Assembly (NCBI GenBank): GCA_045561055.1 | Contig: JBJKYL010000010.1 | Coordinates: 287,051-351,050 of the forward strand | DNA length: 64,000 nt | Reading direction: 5' to 3' | Origin: Candidatus Rariloculaceae bacterium | Lineage (GTDB): Bacteria > Pseudomonadota > Gammaproteobacteria > Steroidobacterales > Rariloculaceae | Shown: one piece after another, positions 1-9,629 of the stretch | How positions within the stretch are numbered: position 1 is the stretch's first letter | Layout of the letters: each line of letters begins with the position of its first letter | Notes under the pieces: generated by a model | What the model was told of the DNA's origin: nothing | What the model saw: the letters and a program-made list of their open reading frames with translations, nothing else | Databases searched by the model: none | Translations under genes and position numbers: made by a program

Positions 1-2
1 AT

Positions 3-488
3 ACTGAACTGAACGAGGCATTTGCGTCAGCTATAGAAGAATATGGTGTTCAACGATGGCTATCGCATACAGGTGACCAGCAGGGGCTTAAGGCGTACCA
101 AAAACAGCAGAGCAGACGCCAAGATTTTTTCCGTCTAGTTACCGATCAACAGGCTAGGCTGCGGGAAATTTATGCGGCTCCTATTACGCTCGATGAAATG
201 CGCTATGCGAAAAGCGTGGCTTTCGCAGTTCTAGTTACGGAGTATGAGAACGTGCGTCGTTCCTGGGGGAACTCGGTAGATTATGAGAGCTGGTTCTTGA
301 CGCCGCTCAACAACGCTAAGATCGCTTCGGTAACAGCCTACAGTAAATGGTTACCTAATTTGCGTTTTTACTTAAATCAGCACGGACTAGAGGCGTTCTA
401 TACTGAGATGGCTCATTTGGCGGAGCTTCCGGGACCGGAACGCGCGTTGCGGGTCGCGTCCTACTCAGCGACCATTTCTTTGCCGTAA
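3..488 (+). CDS. C-terminal part of a predicted aminopeptidase (COG4324-like); 5' end lies outside the window
   Basis: Frame 3 is open from the window edge to TAA 486-488 (the track only shows it from M at 198). The tail ...NNAKIASVTAYSKWLPNLRFYL...FYTEMAHLAELPGPER resembles the C-terminus of the 'predicted aminopeptidase' family as I recall it. Confidence 0.45.
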   Translation, partial: TELNEAFASAIEEYGVQRWLSHTGDQQGLKAYQKQQSRRQDFFRLVTDQQARLREIYAAPITLDEMRYAKSVAFAVLVTEYENVRRSWGNSVDYESWFLTPLNNAKIASVTAYSKWLPNLRFYLNQHGLEAFYTEMAHLAELPGPERALRVASYSATISLP

Positions 489-1439
489 CAGCGCTAGTCG
501 TTTCTGGTTGTCCTGATGAGCTAGGTAGTAGGGCATAATGGTACTCATCGAAGTAGGGATCAGACCTAATGTGGTGAGGCCGTTCTCCGTACCGATGCTA
601 CTGACCGCCATAGAGCGGTAGTTATCTATCGTGAATATCTTCCCAGGAACGGCGTAGTCCAGGAACCAAGCCTGAATTTTCGACAGGCGGTCTGGAAGCG
701 GAATTATTCGGCGTTTTAGTTTGAGAATCTGGGCAATTTCAGCCACGATTTCTTGTAAGGAATACTCCTCAGGTCCGTATAACTGATAGGTACGGTTGTA
801 GGCAGCGTGATTTTCTAAAGCGCAACAGACGGCATTAGCCACATCAACAACATAAACTGGGGCGAAACGTGTATAGGGCCTGGCAAGTGGCAGAAACGGA
901 CTTAAACGGAGCATCTGTGCAAAGCGATTGATGAAACTATCATCGGGGCCGAAGATCGCCGACGGTTGAAAAATTATCCAGCTAAGTTCGTCGCCGCAAA
1001 GATTTTTCAGGGCCTGCTCAGCAGCTCCCTTGCTGCGAAGATAGTGGCTTGGTCCAGTTTCGGCATTCGCCTTCAACGCACTCATTTGTAGAAGAAGAGG
1101 AATGTTGTTGTCCTGGCAGGCTGTGATGAGCTTTTCGACGAGCTGGACATGTGTCCTGTAAAATTCTCTACCGTCGCGACCTTTTTCGTTCAGGATGCCA
1201 ATTAGGTTGATGACTGCGTCTGCACCGGAAACTATGTCCCGCAACGCCGACTCATCATGTACGTCGGCGTTGATGATCTCGATACCGGGAAGGACTAGCA
1301 GGTTGCGTGCCCGCTGCCGGTTACGCGTCGGTATGCGGACAGAGTTGCCTTTTTGAACCAGCCGGCTAGCAATTTCTCGGCCGACGAAGCCTGTTCCTCC
1401 CAGGATACATATGGTTCGTAAAGAAGATTTTGAGGTCAT
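465..1439 (-). CDS. NAD(P)-binding epimerase/dehydratase-family protein (NDUFA9-like)
   Basis: 324 aa. N-terminal Rossmann motif ILGGTGFVGREIASRL. Length and layout are typical of atypical SDR / NDUFA9-like proteins. Confidence 0.65.
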   Translation of the reverse strand: MTSKSSLRTICILGGTGFVGREIASRLVQKGNSVRIPTRNRQRARNLLVLPGIEIINADVHDESALRDIVSGADAVINLIGILNEKGRDGREFYRTHVQLVEKLITACQDNNIPLLLQMSALKANAETGPSHYLRSKGAAEQALKNLCGDELSWIIFQPSAIFGPDDSFINRFAQMLRLSPFLPLARPYTRFAPVYVVDVANAVCCALENHAAYNRTYQLYGPEEYSLQEIVAEIAQILKLKRRIIPLPDRLSKIQAWFLDYAVPGKIFTIDNYRSMAVSSIGTENGLTTLGLIPTSMSTIMPYYLAHQDNQKRLALLRQRNGR

Positions 1440-1519
1440 GGAGCACTTTCAGGTTCAAACAGGTACACAATAAAGGTGCGGTAGTACGAGTTCGAACAAT
1501 GGGTTTGGCAGAGAGGTTG

Positions 1520-2914
1520 TTAGCGCATCAAGATTAGTACGCCGCGGTTTCCCCGTTGGACTTGTAAGATTACAGAGCGCGCTGACGAAATAATATCAAT
1601 AGTTTGTGCGAGTGATTGCACGCGTTGGCGATTGACATGAGTGATAATGTCATTACTTTGAAGTCCGCGCAGCGCGGCCGGACTTCCGGGCTGAACCTCG
1701 GACACGAGCAATCCAGCGATTCCGGTACGGTTATCGTTGCTTGTCGCGAACTCAGCGCCTTCGAACACCGGGTCCACTTCGGCCAGTCTTTGTAATGGCT
1801 CCACGGGAGGGGAAACTGCTTCGCCAAGAACTGCCGTGATTCTCTGTTCGCTTCCGTTACGAATTACGCCTACTTCCACAGTATCGCCGGGGCGACGAAG
1901 CCCAATGGTATTGCGCAATGAGCCCGCATCTGAGACCGGCTGATCGTCAACGCTGACGATAACGTCGCCGATTTCGAGGCCGGCGTTCTCAGCTGCCGAA
2001 TTATTCGTAACGAGTGTTATGAGAGCGCCTGAAGTTGCCTCAAGGTCATAATCTTCCGCGATCTCAGGCGTGACTGTCGCGATGTTGACCCCGAGTAGGC
2101 CACGACTAACGCTACCGAATGAGATAAGTTGATCCATGACGTTGCGTGCCATGTTGACGGGTATCGCGAAGCCGATCCCAATATTGCCGCCGCTCCCGGA
2201 CAAAATAGCTGAGTTTATACCCACAAGCTCGCCGTTGAGGCTAATCAATGCGCCTCCGGAATTTCCAGGGTTTATGGAAGCGTCTGTCTGTATAAAATCC
2301 TCGTAGCCCTCCGGATTTATACCCGTGCGGCCGAGACCACTGACTATTCCGGACGTTACGGTGTGTTGCAAGCCGAAAGGGTTACCGATCGCGAGAACGA
2401 AGTCGCCAACGCGGATAACCTCAGAATCTCCGAGCCGAATCTCGATAAGGTTTTCAGGTTCGACCTGAAGAACCGCAATATCCGAACCAGGATCTGAACC
2501 GACAACTGTTGCTTCTAAGCTACGATTATCAACGAGCGTTACTGTGATTTCGTCGGCATTGTCAATGACGTGATGATTAGTAAGGATATAACCTTCACTG
2601 GCGTCGACGATTACACCGGATCCCGCGCTTTCAAAATCCCGCTGTTGGTTGGGGGGTAAGAAGCGCCGGAAGAATGGATCCTGTGAGAGTGAATTTCCAA
2701 TCTCGACACTGCCGCTGACGGAGATATTAACAACGGCAGGACCGACTTCTTCAATAAGCGGCGCCAGTGTCGGGGTGTCTGGATTAACGAACATTTGCGC
2801 TACCGCGCTAGAGGCAGGAACCAGCACTGTTGCCGAAGCCACACTTAGTGCAAGCATTACGCTAAGGGTAAGGCTGTTATTTATTTGTTGGTTTTGAAGT
2901 CTATTACTCATCAA
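1520..2914 (-). CDS. Periplasmic serine endoprotease, DegP/DegQ/MucD family (trypsin domain plus two PDZ domains)
   Basis: 464 aa with a signal peptide. Catalytic motifs are TNHHV, D.AVL and GNSGGAL. Two PDZ-like C-terminal repeats are present. Confidence 0.9.
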   Translation of the reverse strand: MMSNRLQNQQINNSLTLSVMLALSVASATVLVPASSAVAQMFVNPDTPTLAPLIEEVGPAVVNISVSGSVEIGNSLSQDPFFRRFLPPNQQRDFESAGSGVIVDASEGYILTNHHVIDNADEITVTLVDNRSLEATVVGSDPGSDIAVLQVEPENLIEIRLGDSEVIRVGDFVLAIGNPFGLQHTVTSGIVSGLGRTGINPEGYEDFIQTDASINPGNSGGALISLNGELVGINSAILSGSGGNIGIGFAIPVNMARNVMDQLISFGSVSRGLLGVNIATVTPEIAEDYDLEATSGALITLVTNNSAAENAGLEIGDVIVSVDDQPVSDAGSLRNTIGLRRPGDTVEVGVIRNGSEQRITAVLGEAVSPPVEPLQRLAEVDPVFEGAEFATSNDNRTGIAGLLVSEVQPGSPAALRGLQSNDIITHVNRQRVQSLAQTIDIISSARSVILQVQRGNRGVLILMR

Positions 2915-3176
2915 TTGTTTCTCGCATAACGGGGTTACTAGCTAGCATTCAGACAAAAAATCATCATGTGTTTTTTCTTAAGATAAACGTCATTTTAATA
3001 GCAGCTGATGATACTAGGGTCACCAGCGAGGAAATATTCCTTATCGTTAACTCTAGGTTGCAGTTTCCTAGTTGACATTGAAATGGGGTTTAAACGGGAA
3101 CTTTTCAAGTGACCAAGGGATGGGGAAACCTGTGTATTTCTTGTAGGTCGACAGGGGATATAGCGAGGATAAGTTG

Positions 3177-3192
3177 ACACAATATATAGTGT
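3177..3192 (+). promoter_or_regulatory. NrdR box (distal)
   Basis: ACACAATATATAGTGT is a near-perfect palindrome matching the NrdR-box consensus acaCwAtATaTwGtgt. It overlaps a TTGACA hexamer at 3174-3179 and lies upstream of nrdJ. Confidence 0.6.
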
Positions 3193-3311
3193 TCAGTGAC
3201 TTAACGAATTTTTTGGTTAGGAAAAAAAATATTTTCGACAAAATTTATATTATTTTAATAAGTATTTGTTTTTTAAGTATAAATAGACTCGATCTAATTT
3301 GCTGTTAACTC

Positions 3312-3340
3312 TTGACAGGAGTGCCCGGGCGTCCTAATCT
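3312..3340 (+). promoter_or_regulatory. Putative sigma70 promoter of nrdJab
   Basis: TTGACA (3312-3317), a 17 nt spacer, then TAATCT (3335-3340). An AT-rich UP-like tract lies upstream at 3200-3300. Confidence 0.5.
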
Positions 3341-3352
3341 ACGGATCCTTCA

Positions 3353-3368
3353 ACACAATATCTTGTGG
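3353..3368 (+). promoter_or_regulatory. NrdR box (proximal, overlapping the predicted transcription start region)
   Basis: ACACAATATCTTGTGG matches the NrdR-box consensus and sits 13 nt downstream of the putative -10. Confidence 0.55.
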
Positions 3369-3536
3369 TGAAGAAATTTGCTGGTTGAGGCTGAAACGGG
3401 CAGTTTTATGTGTGGCCTGAGGGGTACTATTACGCGCTAAAAACTACGATGGCTAAAATCAGTGGAGGCGGAGGTACCGCCTGTTTTTCTGATCAGCCGA
3501 TGTCTTGCGCTAAAGCAAGGAGGGGATTACACGATA

Positions 3537-5684
3537 ATGGAAACAGCTCTAGAGTTCAGTGCTTCCGAGGTTACTGACTTGCCGTTGCAGGAGGCGTCGC
3601 TGAATATATGGGACACAAAGTATCGGCTCAAGACTAAGACAGGTTCCCCGGTTGATGCAGATATAGAAGGAACTTATAAACGAGTCGCAAAAGCGTTGGC
3701 AGAGGTCGAAGAGCCGAGTAAGCGTGACTGTTGGTACGAGCGATTCGTATGGGCGCTGCAGCACGGTGCTATACCGGCTGGACGTATCATGTCGAATGCT
3801 GGCGCTGAAGCGCATAAGCCCGCGACGTCAACGATTAATTGCACGGTGTCTGGCACGATCGGCGATTCCATGCACGAGATTCTAGACAAGGTTCATGAAG
3901 CGGGCCTGACTCTAAAGGCCGGTTGTGGTATCGGTTACGAATTCTCTACATTGAGACCTCGTGGGGCTTATGTGTCTGGAGCGGGCGCGCATACATCTGG
4001 GCCGCTATCATTCATGGATATTTACGACAAGATGTGTTTTACAGTTTCTTCTGCGGGCGGTCGGCGTGGTGCGCAGATGGGTACGTTCGATATCGGACAT
4101 CCGGATACGATGGAGTTTATTCGCGCTAAACGCGAGGATGGGAGGCTGCGACAATTCAATCTCTCGCTTCTGATCACTGACGAGTTTATGCAGGCAGTTA
4201 AGGAGAATCTGTCCTGGTCGTTAGCATTTCCTTTGACGCAGAGTGAAGTAGAGGAGGACGGTGTCGATTTAGACGATACGGAGCAGGTTGTTTGGCGTGA
4301 GTGGCCTGTGATTGGGGACTATGTCGAGAATTCTGAGGGTCTAGTTGGTTGTCGTGTGTACAAGGAAATGCCGGCGCAGCGTTTGTGGGACGTCATTATG
4401 TCGTCTACATACGATTTCGCCGAGCCGGGCTTCGTACTCATAGACAGGGTTAATGAGCTTAATAACAATTGGTGGTGCGAGACGATACGGGCGACCAATC
4501 CCTGCGGTGAGCAGCCGTTGCCGGCCTATGGTGCGTGTCTTCTGGGCTCGGTAAATTTGACCAAATTCGTGCGTAACCCATTTACTGACGATGCGAGGTT
4601 CGATTGGGACGAATTTCGTGAGGTCGTTCGTGTGTTTACGCGGATGCTTGACAATGTGGTCGACGTAAACGGTCTGCCGTTGCAGACGCAGCGCGATGAG
4701 ATCATGCGTAAGCGTCGTCATGGGATGGGCTTCTTGGGACTAGGCTCGACCATCACCCTGCTTGGAATGCGTTACGGCGAACCCGACTCCGTGAAGTTCA
4801 CCGATGATGTATCCCGGGAGCTCGCGCTGGCGGGATGGAAAATGGGTCTGGAACTGGCCAGAGAGAAAGGTGCTGCCCCGATCCTAAAAGAGGATTTCGA
4901 GGTGACAACGGAGATGCTACGAAAACGACCGGAGATGGTCGTGGATGGTTGGAAAGCCGGCGACACTATACCGGGCCGTCTGCTACACGCAAAATACAGC
5001 CGTTACATGCAGAAGCTGGCCTCGGTCGCTCCTGAATTGCTCGACGAGCTGGCCGAGGAGGGAGCCCGTTTCACTCACCATAGTTCAATAGCGCCCACGG
5101 GCACTATTGCCCTGTCGTTGGCTAACAATGCGAGTAATGGGATAGAGCCGTCTTTCGCCCACCACTATTTTCGCAACGTCATCAAGGAAGGTAAGAAGTC
5201 GAAAGAGAAGGTTGACGTGTTCTCATTTGAGCTTCTCGCCTATCGTCAGCTCGTGCAGCCTGAGGCGGCACCTGATGTTGCCGACGGCAAGCAAGCGCTA
5301 CCGGATTATTTTGTCAGCTCCGAGGATATTTCCCCGAAGGAGCATGTTGATATCCAGGCAGCGGCACAGAACTGGATTGATTCGTCGATCTCTAAGACGG
5401 CGAACGTGCCGACAGATTATGCGTACGAGGATTTCAAGCATATATATTTGTATGCGCATGAACAGGGCCTGAAGGGATGTACAACGTTCCGGTTTAATCC
5501 TGAAGCATTTCAAGGGGTTCTGGTGAAGGAGAAAGATCTCGAAAACACTACGTATCGCTTCACGCTTGATGATGGCAGCTCCATCGAAGCGAAAGGTAAC
5601 GATGAGATTGAATATGATGGTGAGCTGCATAGTGCGGCCAATTTGTTCGATGCGCTAAAGGAAGGTTATTACGGAAAACTGTAA
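3537..5684 (+). CDS. nrdJa: Class II (adenosylcobalamin-dependent) ribonucleotide reductase, large N-terminal polypeptide
   Basis: Motifs TINCTVSG, LKAGCGIGYEFSTLRPRG, NPCGEQPLP and SSIAPTGT. I prefer ATG 3537 (SD AAGGAGG at 3517-3523) over the track's GTG 3462. The protein ends before the C-terminal Cys-rich tail, which is encoded by the next ORF. Confidence 0.9.
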   Translation: METALEFSASEVTDLPLQEASLNIWDTKYRLKTKTGSPVDADIEGTYKRVAKALAEVEEPSKRDCWYERFVWALQHGAIPAGRIMSNAGAEAHKPATSTINCTVSGTIGDSMHEILDKVHEAGLTLKAGCGIGYEFSTLRPRGAYVSGAGAHTSGPLSFMDIYDKMCFTVSSAGGRRGAQMGTFDIGHPDTMEFIRAKREDGRLRQFNLSLLITDEFMQAVKENLSWSLAFPLTQSEVEEDGVDLDDTEQVVWREWPVIGDYVENSEGLVGCRVYKEMPAQRLWDVIMSSTYDFAEPGFVLIDRVNELNNNWWCETIRATNPCGEQPLPAYGACLLGSVNLTKFVRNPFTDDARFDWDEFREVVRVFTRMLDNVVDVNGLPLQTQRDEIMRKRRHGMGFLGLGSTITLLGMRYGEPDSVKFTDDVSRELALAGWKMGLELAREKGAAPILKEDFEVTTEMLRKRPEMVVDGWKAGDTIPGRLLHAKYSRYMQKLASVAPELLDELAEEGARFTHHSSIAPTGTIALSLANNASNGIEPSFAHHYFRNVIKEGKKSKEKVDVFSFELLAYRQLVQPEAAPDVADGKQALPDYFVSSEDISPKEHVDIQAAAQNWIDSSISKTANVPTDYAYEDFKHIYLYAHEQGLKGCTTFRFNPEAFQGVLVKEKDLENTTYRFTLDDGSSIEAKGNDEIEYDGELHSAANLFDALKEGYYGKL

Positions 5685-5871
5685 ATATTGAAGCTGAATC
5701 GCTGAAGATTTTTTAGCGATGTGTACGCTGACAAGCTACCTTCCTGGAAGGCTGTTACAAAATCTTCTCTGTGGGTTAAGAGTGCTGAGTCAGTGATGCC
5801 AGATTTGAAGCTGGGCACGGTATGGCGATACAGCGGACCTAAAAATTGGGAACTAAGAGATTTAGAATTAA

Positions 5872-6585
5872 ATGACACGTATTAAAGTTGAACAAAAAAT
5901 TGTCGGTTACGATGTAGCTTCTGGTACGGACGTAAGAGCTTCAGCTTCGCAACCGATACCAGCCGATACCACTGACCTCGATGAGGCCAAAGTGATTCGG
6001 ATGAGCGAGAAACTTGAGCGGCCGGATATGCTGGTTGGCTCGACCTACAAAGTTAAAACGCCGGTTTCAGATCATGCGATGTACGTTACGATTAACGATA
6101 TTGTATTGAACGAAGGTACGGACTTTGAGAAACGCCGGCCCTTCGAGATCTTCATTAATTCTAAGAACCTCGATCATTACCAGTGGATTGTTGCACTTAC
6201 GCGAATTATGTCTGCTGTATTTCGCAAAGGCGGTGATGTCACCTTCCTCGTGGAAGAGCTCAAGGCTGTCTTTGATCCGCGCGGTGGCTACTGGCAACCG
6301 GGCGGGGTCTTCATGCCTTCGATCATCGCTGAGTTGGGCTACATCGTTGAAAGGCATCTCGTGCAGATTGGTATGCTGAAGTTAAACGAGCCGAGTGAGG
6401 AACAGCAGGGGCTGATCAATGAGAAGCGCGCGGAGTTCGAAGCGCAAAAGAGCCAGCAGGACGCTTTCGCTGAGGATGGTTTCCCAGCTGGTGCCCAGTT
6501 ATGCGGTAAATGTAGTACAGCGGCCACCGTCATGTTAGATGGTTGCATGACCTGTCTGAATTGCGGTTACTCCAAATGTGGCTGA
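5872..6585 (+). CDS. nrdJb: Class II ribonucleotide reductase, small C-terminal polypeptide
   Basis: 237 aa ending CGKCSTAATVMLDGCMTCLNCGYSKCG, the Cys-rich C-terminal tail of class II RNRs. The split nrdJa/nrdJb layout is known from Pseudomonas aeruginosa. Confidence 0.8.
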   Translation: MTRIKVEQKIVGYDVASGTDVRASASQPIPADTTDLDEAKVIRMSEKLERPDMLVGSTYKVKTPVSDHAMYVTINDIVLNEGTDFEKRRPFEIFINSKNLDHYQWIVALTRIMSAVFRKGGDVTFLVEELKAVFDPRGGYWQPGGVFMPSIIAELGYIVERHLVQIGMLKLNEPSEEQQGLINEKRAEFEAQKSQQDAFAEDGFPAGAQLCGKCSTAATVMLDGCMTCLNCGYSKCG

Positions 6586-6779
6586 AGCGCCTGAACGCAC
6601 GATTGCCAGCCTAATAGGAAATCGTATTTAGTTATTCGCCGTTAGTCCGCTACTAGGTTAGTGATAATCGGGAACGGATTTTTTTGCCTATCACCAGTGA
6701 TTCGTGGTGATGATATTAAGTGTTTAGTCACTGAAAAAAGATAGAATATCCGAGTCATTATTGATGGAATGCTAACTCG

Positions 6780-8201
6780 GTGACACTAATGATTCCTGAT
6801 TTCTCGTCGCTCAAGATCCTTGTGGCGGGCGACGCGATGTTAGACGAGAATGTTTTCGGTGATATTGAACGGATTTCGCCGGAGGCCCCCGTGCCGGTCG
6901 TACGCACACACACTAAGGAGCAGCGGCCTGGTGGTGCGGCTAACGTTGCAATGGGCATTGCGGCGCTTGGTGCCCAGGTTCGGCTCTGCGCCGTAGTCGG
7001 TGACGATGCACGGGCGGAAATTTTGGCCGAGATTCTCTCCAATGCTGGCGTGGAATTTAGTTTTATTAAGGCGGCGAATACGCCTACGGTTCATAAATTA
7101 CGTGTGTTATCTCAGAACCAACAGCTCATCCGCCTGGACTCGGAGCAGGCGCTGGTTGGCTATGAGGATGCGTTCGAGTCGTCGTTTGCTCGCTCGCTGG
7201 ATAATGTCGACGCGGTTGTCCTCTCTGATTATGGCAAGGGGACACTCAACCGTGTCGAGCCGCTGGTGGCACTTGCGCGTACCCGATCTATTCCAGTGCT
7301 TGTCGATCCGAAAGGCGGCGATTTCCATCGTTATCGTGGCGCTTCCATGCTGACACCGAATCAAAGTGAGTTTGAAGCAGTAGTCGGAGCCTGGTCGGAT
7401 GAGGTAGGTTTTCTAGCTGCGGGAGAGGCTCTTCGAGTACAGCTAGACCTCAACGCGTTGCTAGTTACGCGCGGCGAGAAAGGTATGGTTCTATTCTCGA
7501 GTGATGAGCAGCCGTTTGCTTTGCCAGCGGAGACTAGGGAGGTCTTTGATGTAACGGGGGCAGGCGACACGGTCATTAGTTTGATGTCAGTCGGACTGGG
7601 TAGCGGTTGGTCTGGCGAGGACTCAGCGGTGCTAGCGAATCTCGGCGCGGGGATTGTTGTTCGTAAGATAGGTGTCGCGACGGTAAGTCCGTCAGAGCTG
7701 AACCTGGCTCTCAATCGTCGAGGTGCTGGCAGATGTGGTCTAGTTAGTGCTGACGAACTCGAATTACTTGTCAGCGAAGCTAAGCAGCGAGGTGAACGCA
7801 TTGTAATGACGAATGGTTGCTTCGATATTCTTCATGCTGGCCACGTCAGTTATCTTGAGGAAGCTAAGAGACTCGGAGATAGGCTTATTGTTGCCGTCAA
7901 TGATGATGCTTCGGTAGCCAGTATAAAAGGACCATCTAGGCCAATAATCCCACTTGAGGACCGGATTGCAGTTCTCTCCAGTTTGGCGGCGGTGGATTGG
8001 GTGGTGCCGTTCTCGGGAGAGACTCCCGCTGGTTTGATTGAGCATTTTTTGCCTGATATTCTCGTAAAGGGTGGAGATTACGCGGTTGATGAAATAGCAG
8101 GCGGTAAAGCCGTGATAGCGAGAGGTGGAGAAGTACGGGTTTTGGCACTTAAAGAGGGACGTTCGACGAGCGCCCTCATAGAGTCGATAAAGAGCGGCTA
8201 G
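6780..8201 (+). CDS. hldE: Bifunctional D-beta-D-heptose 7-phosphate kinase / D-beta-D-heptose 1-phosphate adenylyltransferase
   Basis: 473 aa. N-terminal ribokinase-like domain (VAGDAMLDE, GGAANVA, DVTGAGD). C-terminal cytidylyltransferase domain (TNGCFDILHAGHVSYL). The start may be ATG 6789 rather than GTG 6780. Confidence 0.9.
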   Translation: MTLMIPDFSSLKILVAGDAMLDENVFGDIERISPEAPVPVVRTHTKEQRPGGAANVAMGIAALGAQVRLCAVVGDDARAEILAEILSNAGVEFSFIKAANTPTVHKLRVLSQNQQLIRLDSEQALVGYEDAFESSFARSLDNVDAVVLSDYGKGTLNRVEPLVALARTRSIPVLVDPKGGDFHRYRGASMLTPNQSEFEAVVGAWSDEVGFLAAGEALRVQLDLNALLVTRGEKGMVLFSSDEQPFALPAETREVFDVTGAGDTVISLMSVGLGSGWSGEDSAVLANLGAGIVVRKIGVATVSPSELNLALNRRGAGRCGLVSADELELLVSEAKQRGERIVMTNGCFDILHAGHVSYLEEAKRLGDRLIVAVNDDASVASIKGPSRPIIPLEDRIAVLSSLAAVDWVVPFSGETPAGLIEHFLPDILVKGGDYAVDEIAGGKAVIARGGEVRVLALKEGRSTSALIESIKSG

Positions 8202-9589
8202 TTCAACCAGCCATTTACTTCATTGAGATCGTCGATATTTAAGTGTCCGGCCGCCTGCTTGAGTTTTAGGATGTTCAGCATGTAGTCGTAGCGGCTACGC
8301 GCAAAGTTGGTTTGGGCACGCGCCAACGTATTCTGTGAGACTAAGACGTCGACGGTAGTTCGCGTACCTACCTGGAAACCGGCTTCCGTTGCTTCCAAAG
8401 CCGTTTCGGAAGATTGCACCGCCTGACGCAGAGCCCGAACGCGTGAGATTTCACTGATTACACCGAGAAAGGCATCGCGCGTCTGTCTCTCGGTCTGTCG
8501 GGCGATGCGCTCGAGGTTCTCCAACGCTGCCCGATGCCTATATACGGCTTGCTGGACGCGTGATTTATTGAAGCCACCAGTATACAGCGGTACGCTGAAG
8601 TTCAATGAAAAGTTATAGCCTTGCGGGCCGCTTGATGATGGATATTCCTTTGTACCGCCATTAGCGAATACGTTTGTGCGAGCGTTATTTGAGTCGGCTT
8701 CGTTGTAGCTGCCGGATAGGCGCAATGTTGGTAGGCGGCTGCCACGCTGGACGTCGACATCATCTAATGCGATATCTGCCGCGTACCTGCTTGATACGAG
8801 GGCGAGGTTTTGCTCTAGCGAGACACGCACCCACTCGTTGGCGTCACCGGGTTCGGGCGAGACTAAGGGGATCTCGTTTGCTGGACCCGATAGCTGTGAT
8901 ATGTATTCGCCGACTATTTCACGCAAATATTCTCGTGCGGTTGCGAGGAAGCGTTCCGCTGAGATCTCAGTCGCAATCGCGAGGTCATAACCAGCTCGAG
9001 CCTCCTGTACGTCTGTTATTGCGATGAGGCCAACTTCGAAGCGTCTTTCTGCTTGTTCGAGTTGCCGTCCGATGGCTTCTCGTGCCGCTTGCTCGGCCGA
9101 CAAGGTATCCTCCGCTGCCAGGACGTTAAAATAGGACTCCGAAACGCGGATCAATAGATCCTGTTTGGCGAGCTGGTAGTTGGTCTCAGCCTGGAGCACT
9201 TGTTTGTCGGCCAATCGCAGGCTGACGAGTTGTGTTCTGTCGTAGATCGTTTGGTTGAGATTCAAGCTAAAGTTTCTGTTATCCCGCGCGCTCTCGGTGC
9301 TGACAACAATAGTACTCGGCTCCCCGGTCTGGAAATTAGTGGCTGGATAGGGATCCTCGCTGTTGCTAGTCGATGCGCCTGCATTCAAAGATAACTGTGG
9401 GAGAATACGGCTGCGGGCTTGTGGTTTAGTTTCTATTGTGGCGAGATAGATTGCCTCTGCCTCCCGAATTATTGGGTCGTTCTGGAGGGCGCGCTGATAG
9501 ATGGTTAGAAGATCTTCCTGACCATTACTATTTTGGGATAGTCCAAGCAAGCTAGCGACTAAGAGAATACTATATTTATATGGGTTCAT
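8198..9589 (-). CDS. tolC: TolC-family outer membrane efflux protein
   Basis: 463 aa with a signal peptide. It starts DLLTIYQRALQNDP after the signal and has the duplicated OEP repeat architecture. The pcm-like/rhodanese/tolC context is typical. Confidence 0.85.
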   Translation of the reverse strand: MNPYKYSILLVASLLGLSQNSNGQEDLLTIYQRALQNDPIIREAEAIYLATIETKPQARSRILPQLSLNAGASTSNSEDPYPATNFQTGEPSTIVVSTESARDNRNFSLNLNQTIYDRTQLVSLRLADKQVLQAETNYQLAKQDLLIRVSESYFNVLAAEDTLSAEQAAREAIGRQLEQAERRFEVGLIAITDVQEARAGYDLAIATEISAERFLATAREYLREIVGEYISQLSGPANEIPLVSPEPGDANEWVRVSLEQNLALVSSRYAADIALDDVDVQRGSRLPTLRLSGSYNEADSNNARTNVFANGGTKEYPSSSGPQGYNFSLNFSVPLYTGGFNKSRVQQAVYRHRAALENLERIARQTERQTRDAFLGVISEISRVRALRQAVQSSETALEATEAGFQVGTRTTVDVLVSQNTLARAQTNFARSRYDYMLNILKLKQAAGHLNIDDLNEVNGWLN

Positions 9590-9629
9590 ATTTGTTTTAC
9601 CTATGAGAAATTACGGAGCAATCGAGTTA

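Noticed and set aside
2995-3180. 61-aa minus-strand ORF in the degP-nrdJ intergenic region
   Set aside because: It has no SD and an odd composition, and it overlaps the NrdR box and promoter region. It is more plausibly regulatory DNA.
3462-3536. GTG 3462 as the nrdJa start, as given in the ORF track
   Set aside because: The first 25 codons overlap the leader hairpin and T-run and have no RNR similarity. ATG 3537 has a strong AAGGAGG SD at proper spacing.
3370-3536. Possible cobalamin riboswitch in the nrdJ leader, since NrdJ uses adenosylcobalamin
   Set aside because: I could not find the B12-box or the conserved GCCACTG/AGGGAA-type core elements. Only generic hairpins are present. It is kept as a possible attenuator in the findings.
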